Shown: positions 9,646 through 20,437 of the stretch, piece after piece | How the letters are laid out: every line of letters starts with the position of its first letter | Numbering within the stretch: position 1 is the stretch's first letter | Source: an uncultured Clostridium sp. | GTDB lineage: Bacteria > Bacillota > Clostridia > TANB77 > CAG-508 | Direction of reading: 5' to 3' | DNA: 64,000 bases | Assembly: GCA_945865665.1 (NCBI GenBank) | Contig: CAMBEE010000003.1 | Location: 75,379-139,378, forward strand | Position numbers and translations under genes: made by a program | The notes under the pieces: generated by a model | Database searches by the model: none | Told to the model about the DNA's origin: nothing | Seen by the model: only the letters and a program-made list of their open reading frames with translations

Positions 9646-11367
9646 ATGAAAGTAAAGAAAAAGAATAAAAGTACAGATTTGAAATCAAAAAATAGTTTAA
9701 AAAAATTATTAAAAAAAGAAGTTAATATAAATGTGAATTTTACAGTAGTAGCAATTGTTTTAATAGCAATTTTTTGTATATGCATTACACCTGTAACTTT
9801 TCAGAATGATACATATTATACAATAAAAATAGGTGAATTAATAAAAAATAACGGAATAGATATGATGGATCATTTTTCTTGGCATGAAAATTTAAGTTAT
9901 ACATATCCACATTGGTTGTATGATTTGTGTACTTATTTAATATATGCTGTTGGAGGATTTAAAGGTATATATATTACAACATGTGCTTTATCAGTAATAT
10001 TAGGTGTATCAATATTTTTAGTTAATTCAAAATTGACTAAAAATAAATCTATATCATTTATTGTAACCATAGGTGCATTATATATGATGGAAAGTTTTAT
10101 TGCTGCAAGAGCTCAATTGGTAACATTTATTTTATTTATTTGGGAATTATTTTGCATTGAGAAATTTATAGAAAATAAAAAGGTTGGATATGGAATAGCT
10201 CTTATTGTAATATCAACATTAATAGCTAATTTACATGTTGCAACTTGGCCATTTTTCTTTGTACTATTTTTACCATATATAGCAGAATATTTAATTGCTG
10301 TAATAGCTGATGTTGTGATTTATGGTAAAATAAATAAATTATTGATAAATATGAAAATGAAAAGAGCCCAAAAGAAAAATGATTTGGACAAGCTAAAAAA
10401 ATTACAGATTTTATTAAATAAACGTGAAGAAAAAAATGAGAAGATTAAAGCAAAAAGAGATAAGGAAAAAGAGAATCCTTATAAAATTAAATTATCAAAA
10501 AATAACAATGTTAAATTTTTAATAATTATAATGATTATATGTGCTCTTACAGGGTTACTAACACCTACTGGAGACACACCTTATACATATTTGTATAAAA
10601 CTATGCAGGGTAATACTACTCAAAATATAAGTGAGCATTTACCAATGACACTTGCTAATAATACAGAGGCAATGTGTATGCTTGTAATTTTCTTAGCAAT
10701 ATTGATTTTTACAAAAACAAAGATAAAATTATCAGATTTATTTATGGTTGCAGGATTATGTTATTTGATGCTATCAACTAGAAGACAAATATCAATGTTT
10801 GTTTTAATATGTTCTGTAGTGCTAACAAGATTAGTTACTAATTTAATTATGCAATATACAAAGAATGGATTGAAAGAAGCAGAAAAAACGGCTAAAAATA
10901 TAGGTGTGGTTGTTTCGTTAACAGTATTAATGGCCTTGATGAGTTATTATTCTGTAAAACCTAAATTTGATGATGAATTTGTTAGTACAAGTACATATCC
11001 GGTTGCTGCGTGTGATTTTATATTGGAAAATATTGATTTAAGTACAGCAAGATTTTATAATGAATATAATTATGGAAGCTACATGTTATTTAGAGGAATA
11101 CCGGTTTTTATAGATTCTAGAGCTGATTTATATGCTCCAGAGTTTAGTGGAAACAAGGAAGAAGATATATTTACAGATTTTATAAATACATCTTCAATAT
11201 CAAAATTTTATGAAGAAACATTTGAAAAGTATAATATAAATTATGTTATATTAGGAAAAAAGTCAAAAACAAATATGATTATAACTAAGACGCATGATGT
11301 AAATTATAAAGAATTATATTCAGACGATAATTTTGTTATATACCAAAGATTAAATGCAAATAAATAG
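9646..11367 (+). CDS. Large polytopic membrane protein with a central charged coiled-coil insert and a C-terminal soluble domain (possibly YfhO/glycosyltransferase-39-like).
   Basis: At least 10 predicted TM helices. ATG at 9646 with RBS AGGAGAGGG. The track start 9622 (TTG) lacks an RBS. Confidence 0.45.
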   Translation: MKVKKKNKSTDLKSKNSLKKLLKKEVNINVNFTVVAIVLIAIFCICITPVTFQNDTYYTIKIGELIKNNGIDMMDHFSWHENLSYTYPHWLYDLCTYLIYAVGGFKGIYITTCALSVILGVSIFLVNSKLTKNKSISFIVTIGALYMMESFIAARAQLVTFILFIWELFCIEKFIENKKVGYGIALIVISTLIANLHVATWPFFFVLFLPYIAEYLIAVIADVVIYGKINKLLINMKMKRAQKKNDLDKLKKLQILLNKREEKNEKIKAKRDKEKENPYKIKLSKNNNVKFLIIIMIICALTGLLTPTGDTPYTYLYKTMQGNTTQNISEHLPMTLANNTEAMCMLVIFLAILIFTKTKIKLSDLFMVAGLCYLMLSTRRQISMFVLICSVVLTRLVTNLIMQYTKNGLKEAEKTAKNIGVVVSLTVLMALMSYYSVKPKFDDEFVSTSTYPVAACDFILENIDLSTARFYNEYNYGSYMLFRGIPVFIDSRADLYAPEFSGNKEEDIFTDFINTSSISKFYEETFEKYNINYVILGKKSKTNMIITKTHDVNYKELYSDDNFVIYQRLNANK

Positions 11368-11430
11368 TTGAGATTTAGTAGGATATTAATATATTAGCTT
11401 AAGACAGATTTTTATTATAAAAGAGGAAGT

Positions 11431-12342
11431 GTGATTTTGATAGTAAATATAAAAGAACAAGATATAGGAAAAAGAATAGATGCATTTTTGGCAGGAAATA
11501 CAGAATTTTCTAGGGCTCATATTCAAAAAATGATAGAAAATGAAAAAGTTTTAGTAAATGGTAAAAAAACTAAGGTATCTTATAAAGTTCAAAAAGATGA
11601 TAAAATAAATGTTGAGGAAGAAATTCCAAAAGAAATATCTTTGGAGGCACAAGACATTCCAATAGATGTTTTATATGAAGATAATGATATTATAGTTGTT
11701 AATAAGCCTAAAGGAATGGTTGTACATCCTGCTAATGGAAATCCAGATGGAACTTTAGTAAATGCTGTTATGGCAATTTGTAAAGACTCTTTATCTGGAA
11801 TAGGCGGAGAAATAAGACCAGGAATTGTACATAGATTAGATAAAGATACATCAGGGGTTATTGTAGTTGCTAAAAATGATAAAGCACATATAAATATGAG
11901 TGAGCAAATAAAAAATCACGAAGTAGAGAAAACATATATAGCTTTAGTAAAGGGATTTGTAAAAGAAGAAGAGGCTACAATTAATATGCCAATTGGTAGA
12001 AGTACTAAAGATAGAAAAAAGATGGCTGTTAATAAAAATGGGAAAAATGCAGTTACTCATTTCAAAGTATTAGAGAGGTTTAGAAATTATACATTATTAG
12101 AGGTTAAAATTGAAACAGGTAGAACTCATCAAATAAGAGTACATTTATCTCAAATTGGCTATCCTGTTGTTGGTGATACAACTTATTCAAATGGAAAAAA
12201 TGAGTGGGGAATAAAAGGACAATGCCTCCATGCTAAGTCATTGAAGTTTAAACATCCAGTTACAGGTAAAGAAATGTTTATTGAGGCACCACTACCTGAA
12301 TATTTTGAAGAAGTATTGCAAGAGTTAAGAAAGGAAAATTAA
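11431..12342 (+). CDS. rluD: RluA-family 23S rRNA pseudouridine synthase with N-terminal S4 domain (RluD-like).
   Basis: HRLDKDTSGV catalytic motif; S4-like N-terminus. GTG start with RBS AAGAGGAAG. Confidence 0.75.
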   Translation: MILIVNIKEQDIGKRIDAFLAGNTEFSRAHIQKMIENEKVLVNGKKTKVSYKVQKDDKINVEEEIPKEISLEAQDIPIDVLYEDNDIIVVNKPKGMVVHPANGNPDGTLVNAVMAICKDSLSGIGGEIRPGIVHRLDKDTSGVIVVAKNDKAHINMSEQIKNHEVEKTYIALVKGFVKEEEATINMPIGRSTKDRKKMAVNKNGKNAVTHFKVLERFRNYTLLEVKIETGRTHQIRVHLSQIGYPVVGDTTYSNGKNEWGIKGQCLHAKSLKFKHPVTGKEMFIEAPLPEYFEEVLQELRKEN

Positions 12343-13064
12343 TGGAAGAAGAAAATATTAGACTACAGAAATTTTTAGCTAATTGTGGAATAGCATCAAG
12401 AAGAAAATGTGAAGAACTAATTTTAGAAGGCAAAGTTTCTGTAAATGGGCAAGTTGTAACTGAATTAGGAACAAAGGTAAATCCAACTGTGGATAAAATT
12501 GAATATTGTGGAAAACTTGTCCACAATTCAGAAAAATTTGTGTATATATTATTAAATAAGCCAATAGGGTATGTTACAACATCAAAAGATCAATTTGATA
12601 GAGATTCGGTTTTGGATTTAGTAAAAGTAAAAGAAAGAGTTGTACCTGTTGGAAGACTTGATATGTACACATCAGGGGCTTTGATTTTAACAAATGATGG
12701 CGATTTTGTTTATAAAGTTACACATCCAAAACATGAAATTACAAAAACATATACAGTCACTGTAAGAGGAATAATTGATAATGACGCTGTGGAAAATTTA
12801 AGAAATGGTGTGGAAATAGAAGATTATATAACAAAACCTGCAAAAGTTAGAATTATGAAGACTGATGAAGAAAAAAATATTTCAAGATTAGAAATAACAA
12901 TTCATGAGGGAAAAAATAGACAAGTTAGAAAAATGTGTGAAGCTGTTGGATACAAGGTTGTTGCATTGCATAGAAGCAAAATTGCAGACATTGGGGTTAA
13001 GGATTTAAAACTCGGAACATGGAGATATTTAAAGGATTTTGAAGTAAAAAAAATACTTAAGTAA
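12342..13064 (+). CDS. rluB: RsuA-family pseudouridine synthase with S4 domain (RluB-like).
   Basis: S4 domain LQKFLANCGIASRRK; catalytic VGRLDMYTSGALILTNDG. Start overlaps the rluD stop (ATGG/TAA). Confidence 0.7.
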   Translation: MEEENIRLQKFLANCGIASRRKCEELILEGKVSVNGQVVTELGTKVNPTVDKIEYCGKLVHNSEKFVYILLNKPIGYVTTSKDQFDRDSVLDLVKVKERVVPVGRLDMYTSGALILTNDGDFVYKVTHPKHEITKTYTVTVRGIIDNDAVENLRNGVEIEDYITKPAKVRIMKTDEEKNISRLEITIHEGKNRQVRKMCEAVGYKVVALHRSKIADIGVKDLKLGTWRYLKDFEVKKILK

Positions 13065-13150
13065 ATTGAGACAATCTGTAAAAATTATTAATATAGATTG
13101 TAGAAGATATATTGTAAACAAAAGATTTTTAAAGTAACAAAGGAGAAAAA

Positions 13151-13630
13151 ATGAAAAATATAGATTTTATAAATGGCGACTTACATGTAGGGCAAAAAGT
13201 AAGTGGAATTGTAAAGAATATCACTAAATATGGAGCTTTTGTTGATATTGGTGGGGGAGTAGTTGGACTGATTTATATTGAAGATTTATCAGTTGCTAGA
13301 ATAAAAACACCTTATGAAAGATTAAATATTGGACAAAAAATAGATATTGTGGTAAAATCTATAGATGAAGAGACAGGAAGAATAAATTTATCTTACAAAG
13401 ATACTTTGGGAACTTGGGAAGAAAATGCTCATAAATTTCAAACAGGGATGAAAACCAAAGGAATAGTAAGAGAAACAGAAAAAAATAAAAATGGAATATT
13501 TATAGAATTAACTCCAAATTTGGTTGGTATGGCAGAATATGAAGAAGGCCTAAATTATGGAGAACAGATAGATATTTGTATAAAGAAAATTGATTATGAC
13601 AAGAAAAAAGTCAAATTAATTATAATGTAA
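13151..13630 (+). CDS. S1 RNA-binding domain protein (YugI/GSP13-like, two S1-type OB folds).
   Basis: GQKVSGIVKNITKYGAFVDIGGGVVGLIYIEDLS S1 signature. RBS AAGGAGAAAAAATG. Confidence 0.65.
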   Translation: MKNIDFINGDLHVGQKVSGIVKNITKYGAFVDIGGGVVGLIYIEDLSVARIKTPYERLNIGQKIDIVVKSIDEETGRINLSYKDTLGTWEENAHKFQTGMKTKGIVRETEKNKNGIFIELTPNLVGMAEYEEGLNYGEQIDICIKKIDYDKKKVKLIIM

Positions 13631-13750
13631 CTCATGAACACAATGATTTGATAAATTGTTATAATATTTTTAAATATTGAATCATTTATGAGTTTGAGTA
13701 TAGTTTATTATTAAATTAATAAAAATTTATTATTTTAAGGAGGAATTAAA

Positions 13751-14683
13751 ATGGTAGAAGATAATGAAATAAAAGCACAAGTATCACCATTTGCAATAAG
13801 AGAAGGAGAAATTAAAACTTTTGATGGTAAAGATGGCTATGTGTCTATGAACCAAATTGTACATAAGATAAATATAGGTCATATTACGGACATACATTTT
13901 GCTATATTAGATTTAGTAAATGAATTTGAATTTATAACATCAAGACAAATATATCAAATGCTAGAAATTAAAGGAATAGACCCTAAATCTCAAGATAAAT
14001 TAAATAACAAATTAGATGCTTTAGTAAAATCTAAAATATTAACTAGATATTATTTTACATCTGATGAAGGAAAAGGAATTTATAGAATTTATTGTCTAGA
14101 AAAAATGGGAAAATATTTATTAACTTCTAAAGAGGTTGAATGTAAATGGCAACCATCTGATAATACAAAACCAGTTCCAATGATTAAGAAAAGATTAGCT
14201 GGAAACCAAGTATTAATAGCATATTTAAGAAAAGTAAAAGCTTTTGACGGTTATGTTGTTAAACCAGCGATTACAGCAAAAACATTAGGAAAAGTATTTA
14301 AAGCGACAGGTGGTTCTGTAAAACTTTCAAAAAACGGAAAATCAATACAATTCTTATTTGAAGTTTTCAGAAGAGAAATGGACTGGCAAAAGAAATTAGT
14401 TGAAAAAATGAATTTATACAAAGATTTTTATGAGAATTTCCAACCAGGAGATTCTGGATTTACAAGTTTACCACAATTGATTTTTGTTTGTGAAGATGAA
14501 AAACATATGGCTGAATGTTTTAAAGAAATTGTGACTAATAAGGTTGAAATTCCACAAATTAAATTATTGTTTACTACAGATTTAAGACAAAACAAAGAGA
14601 CTTTAGATGATACATTAGTTGAGTTTAAATTGGTTGATGGTAAATATAAAATGGAAGATGTTGAGCTTAAATTGTTAGGATAA
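13751..14683 (+). CDS. Winged-helix DNA-binding protein (plasmid/ICE replication-relaxation-like?). First gene of a possible island.
   Basis: RBS AAGGAGGAATTAAAATG. wHTH-like segment FAILDLVNEFEFITSRQIYQMLEIKGI. No confident family assignment. Confidence 0.35.
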   Translation: MVEDNEIKAQVSPFAIREGEIKTFDGKDGYVSMNQIVHKINIGHITDIHFAILDLVNEFEFITSRQIYQMLEIKGIDPKSQDKLNNKLDALVKSKILTRYYFTSDEGKGIYRIYCLEKMGKYLLTSKEVECKWQPSDNTKPVPMIKKRLAGNQVLIAYLRKVKAFDGYVVKPAITAKTLGKVFKATGGSVKLSKNGKSIQFLFEVFRREMDWQKKLVEKMNLYKDFYENFQPGDSGFTSLPQLIFVCEDEKHMAECFKEIVTNKVEIPQIKLLFTTDLRQNKETLDDTLVEFKLVDGKYKMEDVELKLLG

Positions 14684-14828
14684 TGTTCTTTTTGGAATGG
14701 TTAGCTGTTTGAACAAAGAGGTGTTATAGATAACTTAAGCTTAAGTTTTAGCTCTGTTATTTTTGAGATATTGAGTTTAAAAAGGACATTGTGAGTATAA
14801 AATTGAATTTTATTTTTGGAGGGAACAA

Positions 14829-15506
14829 ATGAAGAAAAATAATTTGTTTAAAAATGCAATTGCTATATCTGTATGTTTTGGAGCTATGGTTCTTTTAGGA
14901 ACTAGTAGCTCTAAAGCTGTTTTGCAATCTAATGGAAATGATGGGGCTACTTATAATTTGAGTGATTGGATGATGAATATTAGAAAAATGGAAGAGCTTG
15001 GTGGAGCGATGGGACTTAGTGAAAATGTCGATTCTAATTTGACATCAAGTAATGGCTCTAATAATATTGATGTTCATATGCAAAAAAATACAGAGTATGG
15101 TGCTTTGGCTATTTTGTCTGCTTCAAGTTATGGAAATCCTAATAAAATAAATAGTGGTGAGACTACTACGGGTAATGCTACTGGGGTTGTGATGAAATTT
15201 AATAATGAGTGGACTGCGGCAGCTTTAAAAGGAACATTTGATAATTATTCTGCAAGATATATAAATGATTATTTACCAAATTATATTGCTAAAAGAGGAG
15301 ATGCTATTACTGAAACCAGTGGATGGCATGGGAGTAGTAATCAGTGGGTTATAGGATTTGAACAGGGGGTAGGAGTTATTAGAAGTTATTTAGGAATTTT
15401 TGGCTCTAAAACTGTTTTTGAAGCTATGAGTTGGGGTGACCATTCGTCAAATATTTTAAATATATATCATTCTCGTGCAGTAGTAGTCCAAGGCGATGGA
15501 ATATAA
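14829..15506 (+). CDS. Secreted protein with signal peptide. Function unknown.
   Basis: MKKNNLFKNAIAISVCFGAMVLLGTSSSKA signal peptide. RBS GGAGGGAACAAATG. Confidence 0.45.
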   Translation: MKKNNLFKNAIAISVCFGAMVLLGTSSSKAVLQSNGNDGATYNLSDWMMNIRKMEELGGAMGLSENVDSNLTSSNGSNNIDVHMQKNTEYGALAILSASSYGNPNKINSGETTTGNATGVVMKFNNEWTAAALKGTFDNYSARYINDYLPNYIAKRGDAITETSGWHGSSNQWVIGFEQGVGVIRSYLGIFGSKTVFEAMSWGDHSSNILNIYHSRAVVVQGDGI

Positions 15507-15548
15507 TTTTTTCTTATTTAAATAAAAAATATAGAAAGGAAAAATTAT

Positions 15549-17813
15549 ATGAAGGCGAAAAAAGAAAAGAAAATAATAAAAAGCAAGAAAAAAATATTTA
15601 TAATAATTGCTGTAGTATTGATTTGCTTATTAATTTTTATACCAATTTTTCAGCATATAGTGAAAATAAATAGAGAAAAGAAAAAGGTAGAAGAATTATC
15701 AGAGTTTTCTTGGGAATCGAAATTGTTTACTGTAAATGATGATTATTCGTATACGTTTTTGTGTCTGGTAACAGTACAAGAAGTAGAAGGAATAGATACA
15801 ATAACATATCAAAAAGATGGTAAAGAAATAACTGTAAATGGGAATGGAAAACAAAAGATTGCTATAGATTTTAATGCAAAGGAAAATACTGATTATGAAT
15901 TTAAAATAAAACCAATAGGAAAAAGTGAAAAAACAAAAATTTTAAATCAAAAACGTAAATTTTCGGGCGAGGGAACATACAAATTGGTTAATGGAGTATA
16001 TGTAAATATACCATTTATGGATAATTTTAATAAGAAATATACAAGATATTTGAAGCCAAAAGATGACCAAACATTAGAACCATCAAATTGGATTTATGAT
16101 TCAGAGCCAGATAATTGGTATGATTATAATAATCAAAAATGGGCTAATGTTTATGTTGAGGCAGAAGGCGTTGAGGCATATTATGTATGGGTTCCAAGAT
16201 ATGTATATAAATTAGATCAAAGTACTCAAAGATCAGATGTTAAATTTGTTGATGTACATAATAATTATACAGATGCTACAACAGGACAAGTTACAATGTT
16301 TAAAGAATTGCTAGAACAAGGATATCAATTGCCTGAGGCATTTACATGGGGAGACAATGATGCAACAGAAATATCAGGATATTGGATTTCTAAATATCAA
16401 CTAAGTGAATTAGCTAAATTTAATATAGATTACAATATGACTGCAGGAAAATCTAGTATAGTTGTAAGTAATTTTACAAACAATGTATCTGAAAAAGCTG
16501 CAAGTTATACATATGCATTAAATGGACAAATAAAAAATACTTCAAATACTTTAGAAGATTATACATTTACGGGTCTTACAGAAAATGAAAGCTATATAGT
16601 AAATGTAACAGCATTAGATGCTAATGGAGCAATAGTTGGAAGTATGACAAAAACATTAGAACCAACTGAGGTTAACCCACCTAAATTAGAGGGATTTGAT
16701 CCTGATACAACATTCTATGTTTATTATGATGAAGATGGAACAGAGCATAATGAAATTCCAATTAGTCAAGATGCTCCAAGTAATTGGTATAATTATACAT
16801 ATTCAAATTGGGCTAATATAGTTACAAGAAATGATGGACTTGAAACATATTATGTGTGGATACCACGTTATCAATATAAATTAAATCAAACAAGTCAAAG
16901 GTCAGATGTTAAATTTATAATGGGAACAGGAACAAATACAGAAACAGGATATCAAATACCAGAAGCTTTTTGGTGGGACAAAAATGATGATGGAAAAGAA
17001 GATGAGGGAGAGCAGTTAACAGGTTATTGGATAACAAAATATCAATTAACAAGAGAAGAAAAAAATGCAAGAATTACTGCAGAATTATCTCCTGCTAGTG
17101 ACTGTATTCATGTAAAAGATATTACAGGAACTTTATTACAAACAACAAATAGTGATGGAAATACTGAAAATGTTCCAATAAAATATGAATATTATCTAAA
17201 TGGTGAATTAAAACATGAAGGTACATCAAGCACAGAAAATTACACATATACTGGATTGAATATAAATACAACATATACTGTAAATATAATCGCTAGAAAT
17301 TCTTCGAAAAATGCTTATGTTGGAGCAATTACAAAAAAGGTTACAACAAAAGTTGCAAATGATCCGGATTTAACAAACTTCAAGAGTAATGGAGATTTGA
17401 AAGCAAGAACATATTATGTTATATATAATGGTGATAGTATAAGTGAATATGTGCCAATAGAACAAGGTGCTCCATCAAATTGGTATGATTATAGTCAAAG
17501 TAAATGGGCAAATATTGTGGTAACTGATGGAAATGTAAGTGGAAATACTATAACAGATGCAACTACAACAAGCTATTTTGTATGGGTTCCACGTTATGAA
17601 TATAAAATCTTAAATTCTGTAAATGATTGGAGTAATTTAGATACTTCAAATGCACGTTCAGATGTTAAATTCTTGAATGGTACAGATAATAATGCTGATG
17701 ATGGTTATCAAATTCCAGAGGCTTTTTGGTGGGATAAAAATGATAATGGAACTGAAGAAGATGGAGAGCAGTTAACAGGTTATTGGATAAGTAAATATCA
17801 ATTGAGTAATTAA
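15549..17813 (+). CDS. Membrane-anchored surface protein carrying three copies of an unrecognised ~115-aa repeat interleaved with Fn3-like domains.
   Basis: N-terminal signal-anchor IFIIIAVVLICLLIFIPIF. Repeat signature NWYDY..QKWANV.....YYVW[VI]PRY.YKL.Q..QRSDVKF......GYQ[LI]PEAF[TW]W.KND...E...QLTGYWI[ST]KYQL[ST] occurs three times. Confidence 0.5.
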   Translation: MKAKKEKKIIKSKKKIFIIIAVVLICLLIFIPIFQHIVKINREKKKVEELSEFSWESKLFTVNDDYSYTFLCLVTVQEVEGIDTITYQKDGKEITVNGNGKQKIAIDFNAKENTDYEFKIKPIGKSEKTKILNQKRKFSGEGTYKLVNGVYVNIPFMDNFNKKYTRYLKPKDDQTLEPSNWIYDSEPDNWYDYNNQKWANVYVEAEGVEAYYVWVPRYVYKLDQSTQRSDVKFVDVHNNYTDATTGQVTMFKELLEQGYQLPEAFTWGDNDATEISGYWISKYQLSELAKFNIDYNMTAGKSSIVVSNFTNNVSEKAASYTYALNGQIKNTSNTLEDYTFTGLTENESYIVNVTALDANGAIVGSMTKTLEPTEVNPPKLEGFDPDTTFYVYYDEDGTEHNEIPISQDAPSNWYNYTYSNWANIVTRNDGLETYYVWIPRYQYKLNQTSQRSDVKFIMGTGTNTETGYQIPEAFWWDKNDDGKEDEGEQLTGYWITKYQLTREEKNARITAELSPASDCIHVKDITGTLLQTTNSDGNTENVPIKYEYYLNGELKHEGTSSTENYTYTGLNINTTYTVNIIARNSSKNAYVGAITKKVTTKVANDPDLTNFKSNGDLKARTYYVIYNGDSISEYVPIEQGAPSNWYDYSQSKWANIVVTDGNVSGNTITDATTTSYFVWVPRYEYKILNSVNDWSNLDTSNARSDVKFLNGTDNNADDGYQIPEAFWWDKNDNGTEEDGEQLTGYWISKYQLSN

Positions 17814-17904
17814 CATCCTATTTTGGCTTGTTATAAATTATTTTGCAAAAAGTAGAGTATACATGCTAAAGAAGAAACTTTTTTATTTGATATGGAGGAA
17901 TGTA

Positions 17905-19704
17905 ATGAAAAATAAAAAAATATTTCTAATAATATTTTTAATTGTTATACTTGGTGGTGGACTGGGTTTGATTGTAAAATTAAATATCACAAAAATAAAA
18001 GTAAAAAAAGAAAAAATACAGGACATATCTTTTTTTCCATATTCAAATAATGATGGATTAATAATTTTAGTCGAGGCAGAGGATTCTGAATATGGTATAA
18101 AAAAGGTTAATTATTATGATAAAAACAAACAAAGTAAAGAAATATATGGATATGGAAAAGAAAAGATTGCATTGGATTATAAAATTGATATACAAGGAGA
18201 ATATAAGTTTTCTTTTGAAAACCAAAATGGGGAAACAATTGAAAAAACGTTAGTTGTTGATGAAAACTATGAACAGAAACTTATAGATATAGATGTTGAG
18301 TCACAAAAAGAATTGGGAACAGAAGTTGAAATTACAATAAATTATAATAATATGCCGTTAAATTCTAAATATTTATATAAAGTTGGTAATAAAGGTGATG
18401 AGTGGAAAGAATATGATGGAGCATTTAAAGTTACATCATATGATGTGTTAGATGGTAATTTACAAAATGAAGATAATAATACAGTTACCATATATGCTAA
18501 AGCTGAAGATAATGTTAATAACAAAATTATAATAACTAAAAATATTGTGAATTTAGATTTAGATATTCCTGAAAAGCCTGAAATTAATGTTATAAAATCA
18601 GATGATTATGCAATGATAACTAGTGATGGAATTATATTAAATAGTGATGTTGAAATCGAGTACGACAAAAGAAATGATATAACTAATTATTATAGTTTAG
18701 ACCAAGGAAAAACATGGATTGTATATAATGGTAAAATAAGTGGAATGAAAAATTGGAGAATTTATGCAAAAAGTGTAAAAAATGATACTGGATTAGAATC
18801 TATATCAATAAAAGAGGCTAATCCTGCAAATAACGATGCGATAGGAGTAAGTGCATATGATAAAGATGAGACTACAAGTTTTACTACGAAATCTTCCGCA
18901 TTTATAAATGTTGATAGTAGTATGATTGGAAAGAATATAAAAGTAAAAATTGATTTAGGAGATTGGGCAGAATATAAGGGAAGTTTGAGATTGTTGGATA
19001 AGAATAATTCTGTAATATATTCTGAGGTGGCTTCGACAGGTACTCATACTATAAATATTATAAATGGAACGTCAAAATTCCAGTTTGCTCCATATAATGC
19101 CTGGGGAGCTCCTGATGAACTAGTGGAAATATCTATAGAGGATGAACCCAAAATAAATATAAATCATTCATATCCCAAAATGACATTAAATGGGGTTGAG
19201 CATTATTATGCAACTGCAACTATAGACTATTGGGAAAATTGTAAAGAAAAATTATATAAAATAAATGATGAAGATTGGAAAATATATAGTAATAGTGATA
19301 TTTTGTTGAGCATAGGAGATATATTATATGCCAAGGGAATAAACCAATTAGGGTATGAAACTAATATTTCAAAATATAATGTCGAATTACCAAATAATGC
19401 AATTGGACCAGAAGCTTATGATAAGAATGACCAGACTTATTTTTCAACCAGGGTATCATCTTATATGGATGTGGATAGTAGTATTGTTGGAAAAGTATTA
19501 AAAGTTAGTATAGTATTATCGGATGATTATTATAAAGCTAATTTAAGATTGTTAGATAAGAATAATGTTATAATAGATACTAAAGTTCTTTATAGTGGTA
19601 TTAACAATATAAATATTCTAGATGGAACGGCGAAAATCCAATTTAATCCATATAATGCGTGGCTTTCGTTAGATAAGTTGATGGAGATATCATTAGAAGA
19701 TTAA
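17905..19704 (+). CDS. Membrane-anchored protein with two ~100-aa C-terminal repeats. Unknown function.
   Basis: ATG 17905 with RBS TGGAGGAA. Signal-anchor IFLIIFLIVILGGGLGLIV. Repeats AIG[VP][SE]AYDK...F.T...S...VDSS[MI][IV]GK...V.I.L.D.......LRLLDKNN..I........G...I.I.DGT.K.QF.PYNAW. Confidence 0.5.
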   Translation: MKNKKIFLIIFLIVILGGGLGLIVKLNITKIKVKKEKIQDISFFPYSNNDGLIILVEAEDSEYGIKKVNYYDKNKQSKEIYGYGKEKIALDYKIDIQGEYKFSFENQNGETIEKTLVVDENYEQKLIDIDVESQKELGTEVEITINYNNMPLNSKYLYKVGNKGDEWKEYDGAFKVTSYDVLDGNLQNEDNNTVTIYAKAEDNVNNKIIITKNIVNLDLDIPEKPEINVIKSDDYAMITSDGIILNSDVEIEYDKRNDITNYYSLDQGKTWIVYNGKISGMKNWRIYAKSVKNDTGLESISIKEANPANNDAIGVSAYDKDETTSFTTKSSAFINVDSSMIGKNIKVKIDLGDWAEYKGSLRLLDKNNSVIYSEVASTGTHTINIINGTSKFQFAPYNAWGAPDELVEISIEDEPKININHSYPKMTLNGVEHYYATATIDYWENCKEKLYKINDEDWKIYSNSDILLSIGDILYAKGINQLGYETNISKYNVELPNNAIGPEAYDKNDQTYFSTRVSSYMDVDSSIVGKVLKVSIVLSDDYYKANLRLLDKNNVIIDTKVLYSGINNINILDGTAKIQFNPYNAWLSLDKLMEISLED

Positions 19705-19907
19705 TGATGGATATTATAAGAAAACTGAGATTGCTGAAATAGTAGTTGAAATATAGTTCAAAAATTGCGAATTGGAAAATGAATTTTCTATTCGCGATTT
19801 TTTATGGGATGATTTTTACACTTGTGTTTTTTTTTAATATATGCTATAATAATAGTTATATATTTAAAATGTACTTGAGTCTAATATAATTATAAGAAGG
19901 AGAAAAT

Positions 19908-20348
19908 ATGATTACAACAAAGTTATTGGAAGCTACTATTGAAAATTTATTAAGAGAAATGAAGAATCGGAATATAGTAAATGAGATTTTTCAGGCAAAA
20001 GATGTAAAGAGCAAATTTTTGGAAGAAAAAGAAGAAATCAAAAACCCGTTACAGGATTTCCAAATAAAAATGGTGCCATTTATAAAGCGTAATGAAGTGC
20101 CTTTCAATGAGATGCCAGGCTTTTTGAATAAAGATACTGTTGTGAATTTTTGTATGGCATTATTGATGACCGGAACAATTGACGATGATGATATAATTTT
20201 GGACTTTGATGGAATGAAAAAATTATTAAATAGTGTTGATGGAAATGATGCTGGAATTGCAGAAAAATTTGAAAACTTTTTGTATAATGAGGGGCGTTCA
20301 TTTTCAGAAATTAATCAAGATGAATTGATAAAAATTCTTTTACTTTAA
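19908..20348 (+). CDS. Hypothetical protein.
   Basis: ORF with RBS AAGGAGAAAATATG. No recognisable motifs. Confidence 0.35.
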   Translation: MITTKLLEATIENLLREMKNRNIVNEIFQAKDVKSKFLEEKEEIKNPLQDFQIKMVPFIKRNEVPFNEMPGFLNKDTVVNFCMALLMTGTIDDDDIILDFDGMKKLLNSVDGNDAGIAEKFENFLYNEGRSFSEINQDELIKILLL

Positions 20349-20395
20349 TAAAAGATTAATAAAAAAATGTAACATAAAATCACTCAAGTACAAAA

Positions 20396-20437
20396 AATAA
20401 GTAGAGAGCATTTTAGGTAATTCCTAAAATGCTTTTT
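20396..20437. terminator. Bidirectional rho-independent terminator overlapping the pflA stop codon.
   Basis: AGCATTTTAGG-TAATT-CCTAAAATGCT hairpin with T/A tracts on both sides. Confidence 0.5.
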
